A stretch of 32,000 nucleotides of DNA from Planctomycetales bacterium (GCA_022646745.1 CP060262.1:3300001-3332000); one strand, 5' to 3'. Counted from the stretch's first letter, positions 8,566-17,018 are shown. Program-made: numbers and translations. The notes: generated from the letters alone by a model not told the origin.

Positions 8566-9270
8566 CTATGCGCTTCCGTTCGTCTCGGCTGTTACATCTA
8601 TCTTGCCTGTTACGGCAGCCGTTATCAAGGCACGGCGATATTCATACAATCTGTTGAGCTGCTGCCCGACGAACCCTTCTAGCTTGTCGCTTCTCTTTGA
8701 TTGCCCAATGAGTACATCTATCACAGCTACGCGTTCATCTAGATAGTTAACAATGTCCAACTGTACTGATTCCGAGATGCTGGGTATCAGCAGTTCTGCT
8801 AGTTTCTCAGCAGTCAGGTGCCTAATTGTGGCTTTGTTGCAGACCACGTCGAACCATCCAGAAGCGCTAATTGCCTCTAAACAATAATATAAAAATCGTA
8901 TCGAGTGTCCGGACTTTGGCCTTACACGATGCAGCGAGTTTTGAATTATGCAGTCTTCAGGAGCTTCCTCGATAAATCCTGCGCGACCTACATCACCTCC
9001 CTCACACACCAAGAGATCACCTGGCCGCAGATTCCACTCATCAACGTCACGCCTTGAAGCCCACATCTCAGGCAAGTCACGTGTCCGTACCTTCCCCCAC
9101 GCCACGTGAAGGGCTTTAAGATAGGGCACTTGCTTGTCTATAGCCGTGCTAGGCTCCGGCTGTAGCATCTTTCCAAGTCTTACAACGTAAGCCGTCTTCA
9201 CACGACGAGTTTCCCAGCCAGTTGGCAGTTCTCCACCCCAAGGTAAGGACTTTGATGATTCACTTACCAT
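8566..9270 (-). CDS. hsdS: type I R-M specificity subunit, half-size (single TRD)
   Basis: 234 aa. It overlaps the hsdM stop by 7 nt and ends 22 nt before hsdR. It has one variable region plus one conserved C-terminal helix (LDIVNYLDERVAVIDVLIG...LYEYRRALITAAVTGKIDV), typical of HsdS conserved regions. Confidence 0.8.
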   Translation of the reverse strand: MVSESSKSLPWGGELPTGWETRRVKTAYVVRLGKMLQPEPSTAIDKQVPYLKALHVAWGKVRTRDLPEMWASRRDVDEWNLRPGDLLVCEGGDVGRAGFIEEAPEDCIIQNSLHRVRPKSGHSIRFLYYCLEAISASGWFDVVCNKATIRHLTAEKLAELLIPSISESVQLDIVNYLDERVAVIDVLIGQSKRSDKLEGFVGQQLNRLYEYRRALITAAVTGKIDVTAETNGSA

Positions 9271-11294
9271 CGCAACCCCCCGCCGACAGTTGAATGTACT
9301 CTCTCTTCAAGCGCTAATATCTCCGCTTTGATCTCCTCTAGCGGTCGCATAGGCTTGTACTCATAGAAGTGCTTTGCAAACGGAATCTCATAACCAACCT
9401 TGGTCTTTTCGTGATCAATCCACGCGTCTGGAACGTGAGGCAGGACTTCGCGTGCGAAGTACGCATCCACATCTTCCTTCAGCGGTATATTTTCAAAGTC
9501 GCGCAGTTCACTATCCGGCTCAGGTTTGCCCTTGCTGTCAGCACAGACAGCAGCTGTTTCATCGCGCTCGCAGAGGGCTGCAATTAGTCCCTTGCGAAGT
9601 GGGGTGGTGAGCTTTAGTTTCGCAGCCTTGAATGCCGCGTCAAAGTCCTTGGTGAACTCAGCCCGGTCTAACCAGAGCTTGTCACTCTGTATACCTCTAA
9701 GCACTGTGAGAATAGACTGTTGCATACGCTGGCCGGATTCGATCTCGGCCTGCGCCAGCGCGCCTTTTTTGCGCGACTTCGCCAGCCCTAAAAATGCAGT
9801 GCTGGCTTTAAGCACTTCGATCCGCTCAGCCTCTACTCTGAAGTTCAAGCGCAAAGGTCGCTCCACCGTTACGCGCCAATAACCGAAGTCATTGTTGTCG
9901 AAGACCTTACAGAACTTATCTTCTTTGATGTCCCCAAGCAGGATGTCCTCGAATGACCCGTAGATTTGGCCGATTTCCTGAATCTGGCTATCACTGATGT
10001 AGTTGCGCTTATTGCCAAGCGACTTCTTCATCTTCTTGAAGAGGCTAACTGCATTGACCAGTTGCACCTTGCCACGCCGTTCAGGACTCTTGCGGTTCGT
10101 GAGTACCCAGAAGTAAGTGTATATTCCAGTGTTGTAGAAGAGCTGGTCTGGCAGGGCAACGACGGCCTCAAGCCAATCGTTCTCAATAATCCACTTGCGA
10201 ATTTCACTTTCGCCAGAGCCAGCACTGCCGGTGAACAGCGGGCTACCGTTGAAAACAATCGCCAGCCGCGATCCGCCCTTCTCCGGCGACTTCATTTTGG
10301 ACAGCATATGCTGGAGGAATAGAAGCGAGCCATCATTGATGCGTGGTAGGCCAGCTCCAAAGCGTCCGTTCCACCCCTCATCCTCATACTCACCCTTAAC
10401 CTCTTTCTTGATCTTCTTCCACTCCACGCCGAAAGGTGGGTTGGACAGCATGTAGTCGAACTGCGAGTCAGGCAAGCCGTCCTGCGTGAAGCTATTGCCC
10501 CTCTTGATGTTCTCAGATTCGTGTCCCTTAATAATCATGTCCGAGACGCAGACAGCCCAGGACTCATCATTCAGCTCTTGGCCGAACACTTTCAGCGTTG
10601 CGCCGGGGTTCATCCTTCGAACATGTTCTTCAGCGATGGAGAGCATTCCGCCTGTGCCACAAGCAGGGTCGTAAAGTGTGCGCACCGTGCCTGGCTTAAC
10701 AAGCTGGTCGCCGTCGCCGTTGAAGAGCAAGTCCACCATGAGGCGGATAACTTCGCGCGGCGTGAAGTGCTCTCCCGCTGTCTCGTTCGATAGCTCGGAG
10801 AACTTGCGGATCAACTCTTCATAGATGTAGCCCATCTCTTCATTACTGACCTTATCGGGATGAAGGTCAGTCTCAGCGAAGCGCCGCACCACTTGGAATA
10901 GAAGGTTGTGCTCGTCAAGCTGCTGAATCTGCTCATCGAACTTGAAGCGCTCGATAATCTCTCGCGCCCGCTCAGAGAAGCCGTTGATGTAGAGGCGCAG
11001 ATTGGCGGCTAGATTGTTTGGATCGGCGAGCAATTTATCGAAGTCGAACGGGCTGATGTTGTAGAACTCGAATTTCCACTTGCTTCTAACGAACGGAAGG
11101 AAGTCAGAGTACTTGCCCTTGCGCTTATCGTACTCTTCCAACATCGCCGGTTTGTATGGCGCGAGCACGCCATCCAACCGCCGGAGCACGGTCAGCGGCA
11201 AGACTACCTTGCCGTAGTCCGCGCGCTTGTATTCACCCCGGAGAAGCTCCGCGATATCCCATATAAGCTGTACCTTTTCCCTGAAATGAATCAT
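9264..11294 (-). CDS. hsdM: type I R-M N6-adenine DNA methyltransferase subunit
   Basis: 676 aa. AdoMet motif YDPACGTGGML, catalytic LSNPPFGVEW (NPPF), an HsdM-N-like N-terminus, and a long C-terminal extension ending VGYEIPFAKHFYEYKPMRPLEEI. Confidence 0.95.
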   Translation of the reverse strand: MIHFREKVQLIWDIAELLRGEYKRADYGKVVLPLTVLRRLDGVLAPYKPAMLEEYDKRKGKYSDFLPFVRSKWKFEFYNISPFDFDKLLADPNNLAANLRLYINGFSERAREIIERFKFDEQIQQLDEHNLLFQVVRRFAETDLHPDKVSNEEMGYIYEELIRKFSELSNETAGEHFTPREVIRLMVDLLFNGDGDQLVKPGTVRTLYDPACGTGGMLSIAEEHVRRMNPGATLKVFGQELNDESWAVCVSDMIIKGHESENIKRGNSFTQDGLPDSQFDYMLSNPPFGVEWKKIKKEVKGEYEDEGWNGRFGAGLPRINDGSLLFLQHMLSKMKSPEKGGSRLAIVFNGSPLFTGSAGSGESEIRKWIIENDWLEAVVALPDQLFYNTGIYTYFWVLTNRKSPERRGKVQLVNAVSLFKKMKKSLGNKRNYISDSQIQEIGQIYGSFEDILLGDIKEDKFCKVFDNNDFGYWRVTVERPLRLNFRVEAERIEVLKASTAFLGLAKSRKKGALAQAEIESGQRMQQSILTVLRGIQSDKLWLDRAEFTKDFDAAFKAAKLKLTTPLRKGLIAALCERDETAAVCADSKGKPEPDSELRDFENIPLKEDVDAYFAREVLPHVPDAWIDHEKTKVGYEIPFAKHFYEYKPMRPLEEIKAEILALEERVHSTVGGGLRW

Positions 11295-11338
11295 GACCCT
11301 AGTATGCGTGAACCGCTTGAAAATTTGAAGGGAATACT

Positions 11339-11692
11339 CTACCTAACGTCCATGGTAAAAGTACAGCTTGGACAGTCAATATGCTTGGGATGCTTCAGGC
11401 AGTTGGGACAGCGCCCGTAGTAGTTACCAGGTCGGTTCACACCGCAATCGCATCTCCAAGCCCCCAACAACTCTATTGTATGCCCACAGAAGCGACACAC
11501 CAAGTGGTCATAGGAGAGCTGCCGGTAGCGCCGAGTGGCGGGGATCTTCATGGAGAGGTAGTCCCGCAGGTACAGGAAGAAGCGAGACCACATGATAAGG
11601 CTGACCACACCAGCCAGGAATCCGAACCACCCTGCCCCGGCCTTGGCCATATCCTGCCCGTTTTGATTATCTGTCTTGATTGCTTCAGCCAC
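11339..11692 (-). CDS. membrane-anchored zinc-ribbon protein, hypothetical
   Basis: 117 aa. One TM helix (WFGFLAGVVSLIMWSRFFLYL), then CRFCGH..CDCG...CPNC...CPSC (four CxxC-like pairs). The GTG start lies 5 nt after a GAGGTG that overlaps the upstream gene's TGA. An alternative ATG lies 14 codons in. Confidence 0.55.
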   Translation of the reverse strand: MAEAIKTDNQNGQDMAKAGAGWFGFLAGVVSLIMWSRFFLYLRDYLSMKIPATRRYRQLSYDHLVCRFCGHTIELLGAWRCDCGVNRPGNYYGRCPNCLKHPKHIDCPSCTFTMDVR

Positions 11693-11696
11693 TTGT

Positions 11697-12653
11697 TCAC
11701 CTCAGCGCTTCGAGAAGATCAGTCCGCTCGGCATTCGCATATGAACTGACAGGGCTAGTCTCTTCATTGCGCAGGTGAAACAGATCAATTCCGCGAGTCC
11801 AGATGGACTCCAGCACCGTGCCGGGAGCGATGGAATCAGCGGTTGTGAACCAGAATCCGCGCTTGCCTCCAGCTGCCACTGTCTTTTGCGCAATGGACAT
11901 AAGCCTCTTCTCGCTTGGAGTAACTGCTAGCAGTATAGCCCATTGAGAGCGCCAGTCAGCTAGGAGCTTATTGCTCTGGATGTAGTCCCGGTAGACTGCT
12001 ACTTTTTCTGTCCACTGCTTTGTGGACATGGTTCCTCTGTCTACTTCCACGAAGAAAACCCCGTGCTGACTTTCCGCTGGCTGTAGCAAGACAATGGCAT
12101 CGGGGATGACAGACACATCCTGCCGGTGCCCGCGCTTGTCCATTACTTGCACAGTTAGCCGGTGCTTCTTGGGATCACCTCGCAGAACTCTGTAGTCCGC
12201 CAGCTTGCCGGAGTCCTTGGCGGCTTCAAAATCATTGCGGAAGGTGATAAGGATGTCATTAACCGCCAGCAAGTGCTGGACGTGGGTTGGTTGGACATCG
12301 TTGATGTAACGTTTCCATTTAACATCTGACCTTTCGATGTTGTCAGTTTCAGCGATGAGCTTAGCCCCCTTCTCCGTCATTGCGTAAATCATGGAGTCCC
12401 GCGAGGAGGAGACAGGGAGCTTCAACCGCTTCAGGTAGCCATGCTGAAACAACAGCCGGAGCCGGTTGGTCAGGTTCTTCTCACTGGCATCGGGAAACAA
12501 CCACCAGAACTGGTGGGTGCTCAGGAAACGGTAAACGAGGACTACTCTGACTAGTTCCACGTCCCTGGCGGTAAGGTCAAAGCGGGGCGGGCTCTTTGTC
12601 CGCGTAGTTCTAGGTGTCCTCTTTTGGTCAGTCTTTGGTTTACTAGGAGACAT
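11697..12653 (-). CDS. replication-relaxation (Replic_Relax, PF13814-like) family protein
   Basis: 318 aa. N-terminal wHTH-like pattern LTARDVELVRVVLVYRFLSTHQ...RLRLLFQHGYLKR, then HLLAVNDILITF and IPDAIVLL...FFVEVDRGT, as I remember for this family. Confidence 0.6.
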   Translation of the reverse strand: MSPSKPKTDQKRTPRTTRTKSPPRFDLTARDVELVRVVLVYRFLSTHQFWWLFPDASEKNLTNRLRLLFQHGYLKRLKLPVSSSRDSMIYAMTEKGAKLIAETDNIERSDVKWKRYINDVQPTHVQHLLAVNDILITFRNDFEAAKDSGKLADYRVLRGDPKKHRLTVQVMDKRGHRQDVSVIPDAIVLLQPAESQHGVFFVEVDRGTMSTKQWTEKVAVYRDYIQSNKLLADWRSQWAILLAVTPSEKRLMSIAQKTVAAGGKRGFWFTTADSIAPGTVLESIWTRGIDLFHLRNEETSPVSSYANAERTDLLEALR

Positions 12654-12790
12654 ATGACTCTATTCTACAAGCCCAAGACATTCGCTCTCAAATGATTCCT
12701 GTAAATGCGACGCTTATTTCAATGCCTTCGGTTTAAATTTCATTATATTCAAGTTATACTCCACCACTAGTGTTTTACTTGGAGGTCTTC

Positions 12791-12934
12791 ATGAATGAAC
12801 ATGACCTATTAGTTAGGCCATTCGGTATCAACTTTGCGATTCCGCAGGACGTTGACCAGATCAACTTCAGCACCTCAATGAGGAATGATGATACTGGCAC
12901 CTATCGCCGGGACACGGACGACCACGATACATAA
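12791..12934 (+). CDS. candidate graspetide (omega-ester peptide) precursor, 47 aa
   Basis: Not in the track (under 60 aa). GGAGG (12781-12785) lies 5 nt before ATG 12791, and TAA 12932-12934 lies 13 nt before the ATP-grasp ATG. Translation: MNEHDLLVRPFGINFAIPQDVDQINFSTSMRNDDTGTYRRDTDDHDT, a leader-like N-half and a Thr/Ser + Asp-rich C-terminus. Confidence 0.5.
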   Translation: MNEHDLLVRPFGINFAIPQDVDQINFSTSMRNDDTGTYRRDTDDHDT

Positions 12935-12947
12935 GCGATAACTAGCG

Positions 12948-13943
12948 ATGTCGATCCCAAGGACGGACATAGACCTACTAGTACTGGGAACTGATGTTGA
13001 TCCTCATGTTCAATCGGTACTAGCCCAGTTGCCGGATACCATCAATGTCATGCGATTTGATATTGATAAGTATCCGGTATCTTTTTCTTCAACATACAGT
13101 GTCAATCAGGATGCAGAGAGCTTAATTTTCCAGAATAAGCATCTGTATCAATGTGTAAATAATCACTCTATTGTTTGGTTTAGACGAATCGGAGCGCCTG
13201 GAGTGAGCAAAGAAATTAGAGATCGCTCCTATAGAAAATTTGCTAATGCTGAAACTGAGGCATTCATACTTGGATTGACATCCTTGTTATCAAGTTCTGT
13301 TTGGATAAATCCCTATCTTTCAACAAAATATGCGAATAGTAAATTATTCCAATTACGTAACGCTAGAAATATTGGCCTAAGAATTCCCGCAACATTAGTA
13401 ACTAACTCGCCTGATGAAGTTCGCACTTTTGCCAGTGTCTATCCCAAAATAATATACAAAACATTAAGCTCCCCATCTTTAGAGCAAAACTCTGGTAGAT
13501 CGTTAATATTTTCACACTTGATTTCAGATTCAGATCACGTATTGTTTGATCAAGTTAAATATGCACCTTGCATGTTCCAACAGTACATTGAGAAGGATTA
13601 TGAACTTCGGATTACTTTCGTGGGTGGAAATTTTTACAGTGTGAAAATCTTTTCTCAGGATAGCTCAGATACTAAAATTGACTGGCGAGCAGGTGACTGG
13701 AATCATCATCGATATGAGACAACAAACTTGCCAGAGGCAGTATGCCAACAGCTTTCTTCTTTCATGCAAGTGTTGAATTTGCAATTTGGTGCAATTGACA
13801 TGATAGTAACTCCTAATGGGGAATATGTCTTTCTAGAAGTAAATCCACATGGAGCTTGGCTTTGGCTTGAGCAAGCTACCGACCTTTGTATTTCACTAGC
13901 AATCAGCAATTATATTCAGAGGCTCTGCTCGTTCCGTACATAA
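12948..13943 (+). CDS. microviridin-type (MdnC/MvdD-like) ATP-grasp macrocyclase
   Basis: 331 aa. Motifs matching my memory of MdnC: VWFRR, ANSKLFQLRNARNIGLRIPATLVTNSPDEVRTFA, ELRITFVGG, DWRAG, FGAIDMIVTPNGEYVFLEVNPHGAWLWLE. Confidence 0.8.
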   Translation: MSIPRTDIDLLVLGTDVDPHVQSVLAQLPDTINVMRFDIDKYPVSFSSTYSVNQDAESLIFQNKHLYQCVNNHSIVWFRRIGAPGVSKEIRDRSYRKFANAETEAFILGLTSLLSSSVWINPYLSTKYANSKLFQLRNARNIGLRIPATLVTNSPDEVRTFASVYPKIIYKTLSSPSLEQNSGRSLIFSHLISDSDHVLFDQVKYAPCMFQQYIEKDYELRITFVGGNFYSVKIFSQDSSDTKIDWRAGDWNHHRYETTNLPEAVCQQLSSFMQVLNLQFGAIDMIVTPNGEYVFLEVNPHGAWLWLEQATDLCISLAISNYIQRLCSFRT

Positions 13944-14008
13944 ATATCTAAATTGATGTCTTCGTTATTGTCAGTTAGTCTTAAGACAATAGCAATTAAG
14001 ACATTTAT

Positions 14009-14548
14009 GTGAATTCTAACTCTCACAGCCAATCTGAAGTATCTCGGATTAGCATCACTATTATTGAGCTGGCAAACAAAGATCAAGCAATGCGCACCAA
14101 AGCAGTCCAAGATGCGAATCAGTGGGATTCTCGACTTGACATTGTTAACACACACAAATTCAAAAAGCTGCTAAACCAATATGGTTGGCCAAAATTATCA
14201 CTTTTTAGTGTGGAAGTTTGTCGCTCTGCATGGCTGTTGGCTCAGCATGCAGACGAAGATATAAAATTTCAAAAGCAATGTCTTTCAATGATGAAGTCAT
14301 TACCCCAGAAGGAAGTCTTACTCTGGACAACTGCCATGCTAGAAGATCGAATATTAGTATCTGAGGGCAAGGAACAAATTTTTGGAAGCCAGTTTCATAA
14401 AGATTCTAAAACAGGAATGCTTGTTCCTTGGCCAATAGCAAATCCTGAAGAATTGGATTTACGGAGAGCCAAAGTAGGATTGAATGCTTTTGCTGACGAA
14501 TTGCAAATTATACAGAAATTTGCAAAAGCTAAGCCAGCCCGTCCGTAG
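14009..14548 (+). CDS. hypothetical protein, DUF6624-like
   Basis: 179 aa from GTG 14009 (alternative ATG 14090). It resembles the pattern ..GWP......G...AWLL.QHAD.D..FQ..CL..M (here YGWPKLSLFSVEVCRSAWLLAQHADEDIKFQKQCLSMM). Low GC, like the graspetide pair. The family call is from memory only. Confidence 0.45.
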   Translation: MNSNSHSQSEVSRISITIIELANKDQAMRTKAVQDANQWDSRLDIVNTHKFKKLLNQYGWPKLSLFSVEVCRSAWLLAQHADEDIKFQKQCLSMMKSLPQKEVLLWTTAMLEDRILVSEGKEQIFGSQFHKDSKTGMLVPWPIANPEELDLRRAKVGLNAFADELQIIQKFAKAKPARP

Positions 14549-14610
14549 ACCGGCTGACCTGCTTGCAGTAATCCTATGGGAACGGATAGGCGTGGAAAGT
14601 GTGCCTGTCC

Positions 14611-15105
14611 TCATCCCTCATTGATTTTCGCTTCCAGCTCCTTGATTCGCATCGTAGCTTGCTTCTGTGACATCTTGGAGATTACGGAGTAATCCGGTTC
14701 TTCTCCCAGTTGCCGGTGGAGATAGCCCATGTAGCGGAGCTGTTTGTGTGTCAGCTCACGGCCTGGGCTTCCTTTGACTTCATCCTCGCCGGCAGTTTCC
14801 CGCCGGCCAGGCTTTGGCTTGGAGTCCGGTTCAACCACTTCGAACTTCTTCTTGCTCATGTATGGCCGACCGTTGATGTTGGTAACATCAACGGCATCGA
14901 GGAAGCTCTGAACCCTGCGGTTCAGGTTGGCTTCCACTTCATTGAAGCACTCCATCGGAGTATCCTCCGTGACCTCAAAGTCATCTGAAACGACTTTGGC
15001 CAGGTAGAGCAGCATCGGATTTACATCCTCAGCTGCCATCCCGAACATGTCTGGTCTGTGAAGGATGCCGAAGCGGATAGCATGCTTGAGTTCTTCATGC
15101 TGCAC
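14611..15105 (-). CDS. hypothetical protein (last gene of the DUF2958 operon)
   Basis: 164 aa. GTG 15105 lies 9 nt after GGAGG and overlaps the DUF2958 gene by 11 nt. The C-terminal helix-hairpin-like segment LTHKQLRYMGYLHRQLGEEPDYSVISKMSQKQATMRIKELE resembles DUF3072-type tails (weak). Confidence 0.5.
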   Translation of the reverse strand: MQHEELKHAIRFGILHRPDMFGMAAEDVNPMLLYLAKVVSDDFEVTEDTPMECFNEVEANLNRRVQSFLDAVDVTNINGRPYMSKKKFEVVEPDSKPKPGRRETAGEDEVKGSPGRELTHKQLRYMGYLHRQLGEEPDYSVISKMSQKQATMRIKELEAKINEG

Positions 15106-15442
15106 GTTCTTTTTCCTCCATCAGCTTGTCCAGAGTGATCGGTTCCCAGTACAGGTCACGCTCGACTGGCAGGCCGAGCTTGCCCCGCACCTTCTCCAGC
15201 TCAGAGAGCCAGAAGTAACCGAGTTCGACTTCGAGACCATCCACCAGTCCGAAGAACTGCACGTCACCGGACTCTTTGTCCTGGCTGGCAGACACCGCAT
15301 ACCAAGTCCAGTTGGCATCTGGTGTAAACCACTTGGCCAGAACAAGTTCCTCGTCCTTACGCAGTTCGCGACCGGGGCCGGTCGGATGATACGGGTCCTG
15401 CGCCAGTAGTTTGCGCAGGAGATCTTTAGGCAGCAGCTTCAT
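15095..15442 (-). CDS. DUF2958 family protein
   Basis: 115 aa. AAGGAGG lies 9 nt upstream. KWFTPDANWTWYAVS...FFGLVDGLEVELGYFWLSELEKVRGKLGLPVERDLYWEP matches the DUF2958 signature common on conjugative elements. Confidence 0.7.
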   Translation of the reverse strand: MKLLPKDLLRKLLAQDPYHPTGPGRELRKDEELVLAKWFTPDANWTWYAVSASQDKESGDVQFFGLVDGLEVELGYFWLSELEKVRGKLGLPVERDLYWEPITLDKLMEEKERAA

Positions 15443-15764
15443 TCTGCTTTACCTCCTTAGAGTATTGGGATTCGAGTAGCTCAGCCGCCAGCTGGTCATC
15501 CGAGAACAGTTGAAGCTGTTCGCCGGACATCAGGTCTGGGGCTGAGATGGAAACAAGCTCCAGGCCACTAGGGGCGGGAGCTATCTGAAGAGTGAATCCG
15601 CAAAGCGTCAGCTCTGCAGGTTGGGTTGGGACTCCACCGAGATCATCGAGGATCAGGTTTGTGAGATTGCCAAGATGCTCATCGTGGAGTTGCTGGAGCC
15701 TGGCTCTGCGACCGTTGTACCAACGACATAGCCAGATCAGGCTCTTGACGTCCTTGATAAGCAA
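15426..15764 (-). CDS. hypothetical protein (first gene of the DUF2958 operon)
   Basis: 112 aa. TTG start at 15764 lies 5 nt after AGGAGG (taGGAGGactaaTTG). It overlaps the DUF2958 gene by 17 nt. Confidence 0.5.
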   Translation of the reverse strand: MLIKDVKSLIWLCRWYNGRRARLQQLHDEHLGNLTNLILDDLGGVPTQPAELTLCGFTLQIAPAPSGLELVSISAPDLMSGEQLQLFSDDQLAAELLESQYSKEVKQNEAAA

Positions 15765-15952
15765 TTAGTCCTCCTAACTGCGTATCAGGGCTGTAGTGAA
15801 GCGAATGGACTATCAATGAGCGAAGTGGATTCTGCATTAACAATTTATCACGTAACATATGTCTAGTTGTAGTGTTTTTGGATTTTAGCAATGATTATGT
15901 TGTTAACAGCGAACTAGGCAAATGTTCCACCGTATATGAGGGAGATATCACT

Positions 15953-16747
15953 ATGATCATTCCTGATATTTACTTGCTGATCATCTCTGCATCCTTTGTT
16001 GCAGCAATATTAGTTTCATTCCACTTCTTTCGGCTGTCAAAACGCGAGGAAGTGAATCATGCCCAGTTAGTACAGAAAATACTCGGAGAAAAACACATCC
16101 ATAGCTTAGATCCATCTAAAGAACAAGATCGATGGCATATGGAAGCAATGCTCGACCTTGAGAGAAATAGGTGGACAAAATGGAGTGCGCTAGCTAGTTC
16201 CATTATAGCAACTCTACTTGCTTTCTGGAGTTGTGGTTCCTTTGCATACACTGAGCGAGTGCATAAACTTGAAATTAAAGAGAATAATACTAGAGCATTT
16301 TATCAACGGTGGAATGATACAATCACACCTAATAGCCGTAAGCACCTTGATTCTCTTATTCAAAAGTGTAAGCAGTACGAGAATCAACCAAGCAATTCTA
16401 CATTGATTGACTATGTAATAACTAATCAAACATCAAGCGATAGTTCAACCTATGAAGAATACGCAACTGTGATATCAATATTAAATCTGTTTGAACAGAT
16501 TGCAGAGTCTTACAATGATAATGATTGTATTCGTAGTGACATTGAAGAACAGTATTCCTCAAGTATTCTGCTCTACTATAATTCTCTGGAGCCTTTTGTA
16601 AATGCATATAAGGTGGTCGACAAGAAAAAGAAGGATATCACTGGAGAATATCCAAAACATTTCGCTCCTTGGGATGAAATAGAAAATGCTGCATTGTCTT
16701 GGGAGTCCATACAAGCAAATGCACGTAGAAATCAGCATCAAAATTAG
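15953..16747 (+). CDS. N-terminally membrane-anchored hypothetical protein (low-GC islet)
   Basis: Track ORF 15872-16747. I prefer ATG 15953, preceded by GAGGGAG. MIIPDIYLLIISASFVAAILVSFHFF is a TM anchor. The segment ISILNLFEQIAESYNDNDCIRSDIEEQY resembles DUF4760-type proteins (weak, from memory). Confidence 0.5.
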   Translation: MIIPDIYLLIISASFVAAILVSFHFFRLSKREEVNHAQLVQKILGEKHIHSLDPSKEQDRWHMEAMLDLERNRWTKWSALASSIIATLLAFWSCGSFAYTERVHKLEIKENNTRAFYQRWNDTITPNSRKHLDSLIQKCKQYENQPSNSTLIDYVITNQTSSDSSTYEEYATVISILNLFEQIAESYNDNDCIRSDIEEQYSSSILLYYNSLEPFVNAYKVVDKKKKDITGEYPKHFAPWDEIENAALSWESIQANARRNQHQN

Positions 16748-17018
16748 ACTGGTCGATACATGTGCCTACTACTATAATGGTCTTACGCTCTGCCGGGCGC
16801 GGGGAGCTAGGGATTAAGTTCACCCGCCCAGAGTATCCTGCGTGTATCTGTCTCAGGTAGGCTGGCAGCCAAACCATAAGACAGACGCAGTACGGCGTTT
16901 CATTTCTCTACGCAGATGCCCTTTGGACTGGGCGGAAGCGTCTTCTCGGACCTTTGTTACTTGTACTCTTTGTCTACATGCGGTGGGGAGGCTGTAGTTC
17001 TGGCAGAGCGCCTTACAT

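Noticed and set aside
16748-17018. 270-nt gene-free stretch examined for a tRNA, tmRNA, att site or structured RNA
   Set aside because: No T-loop (GGTTCGAATCC-like) or cloverleaf was found. Only short imperfect hairpins are present (e.g. GCGT..CTGTCT/AGACAGACGC at about 16840-16897), nothing beyond chance by eye.
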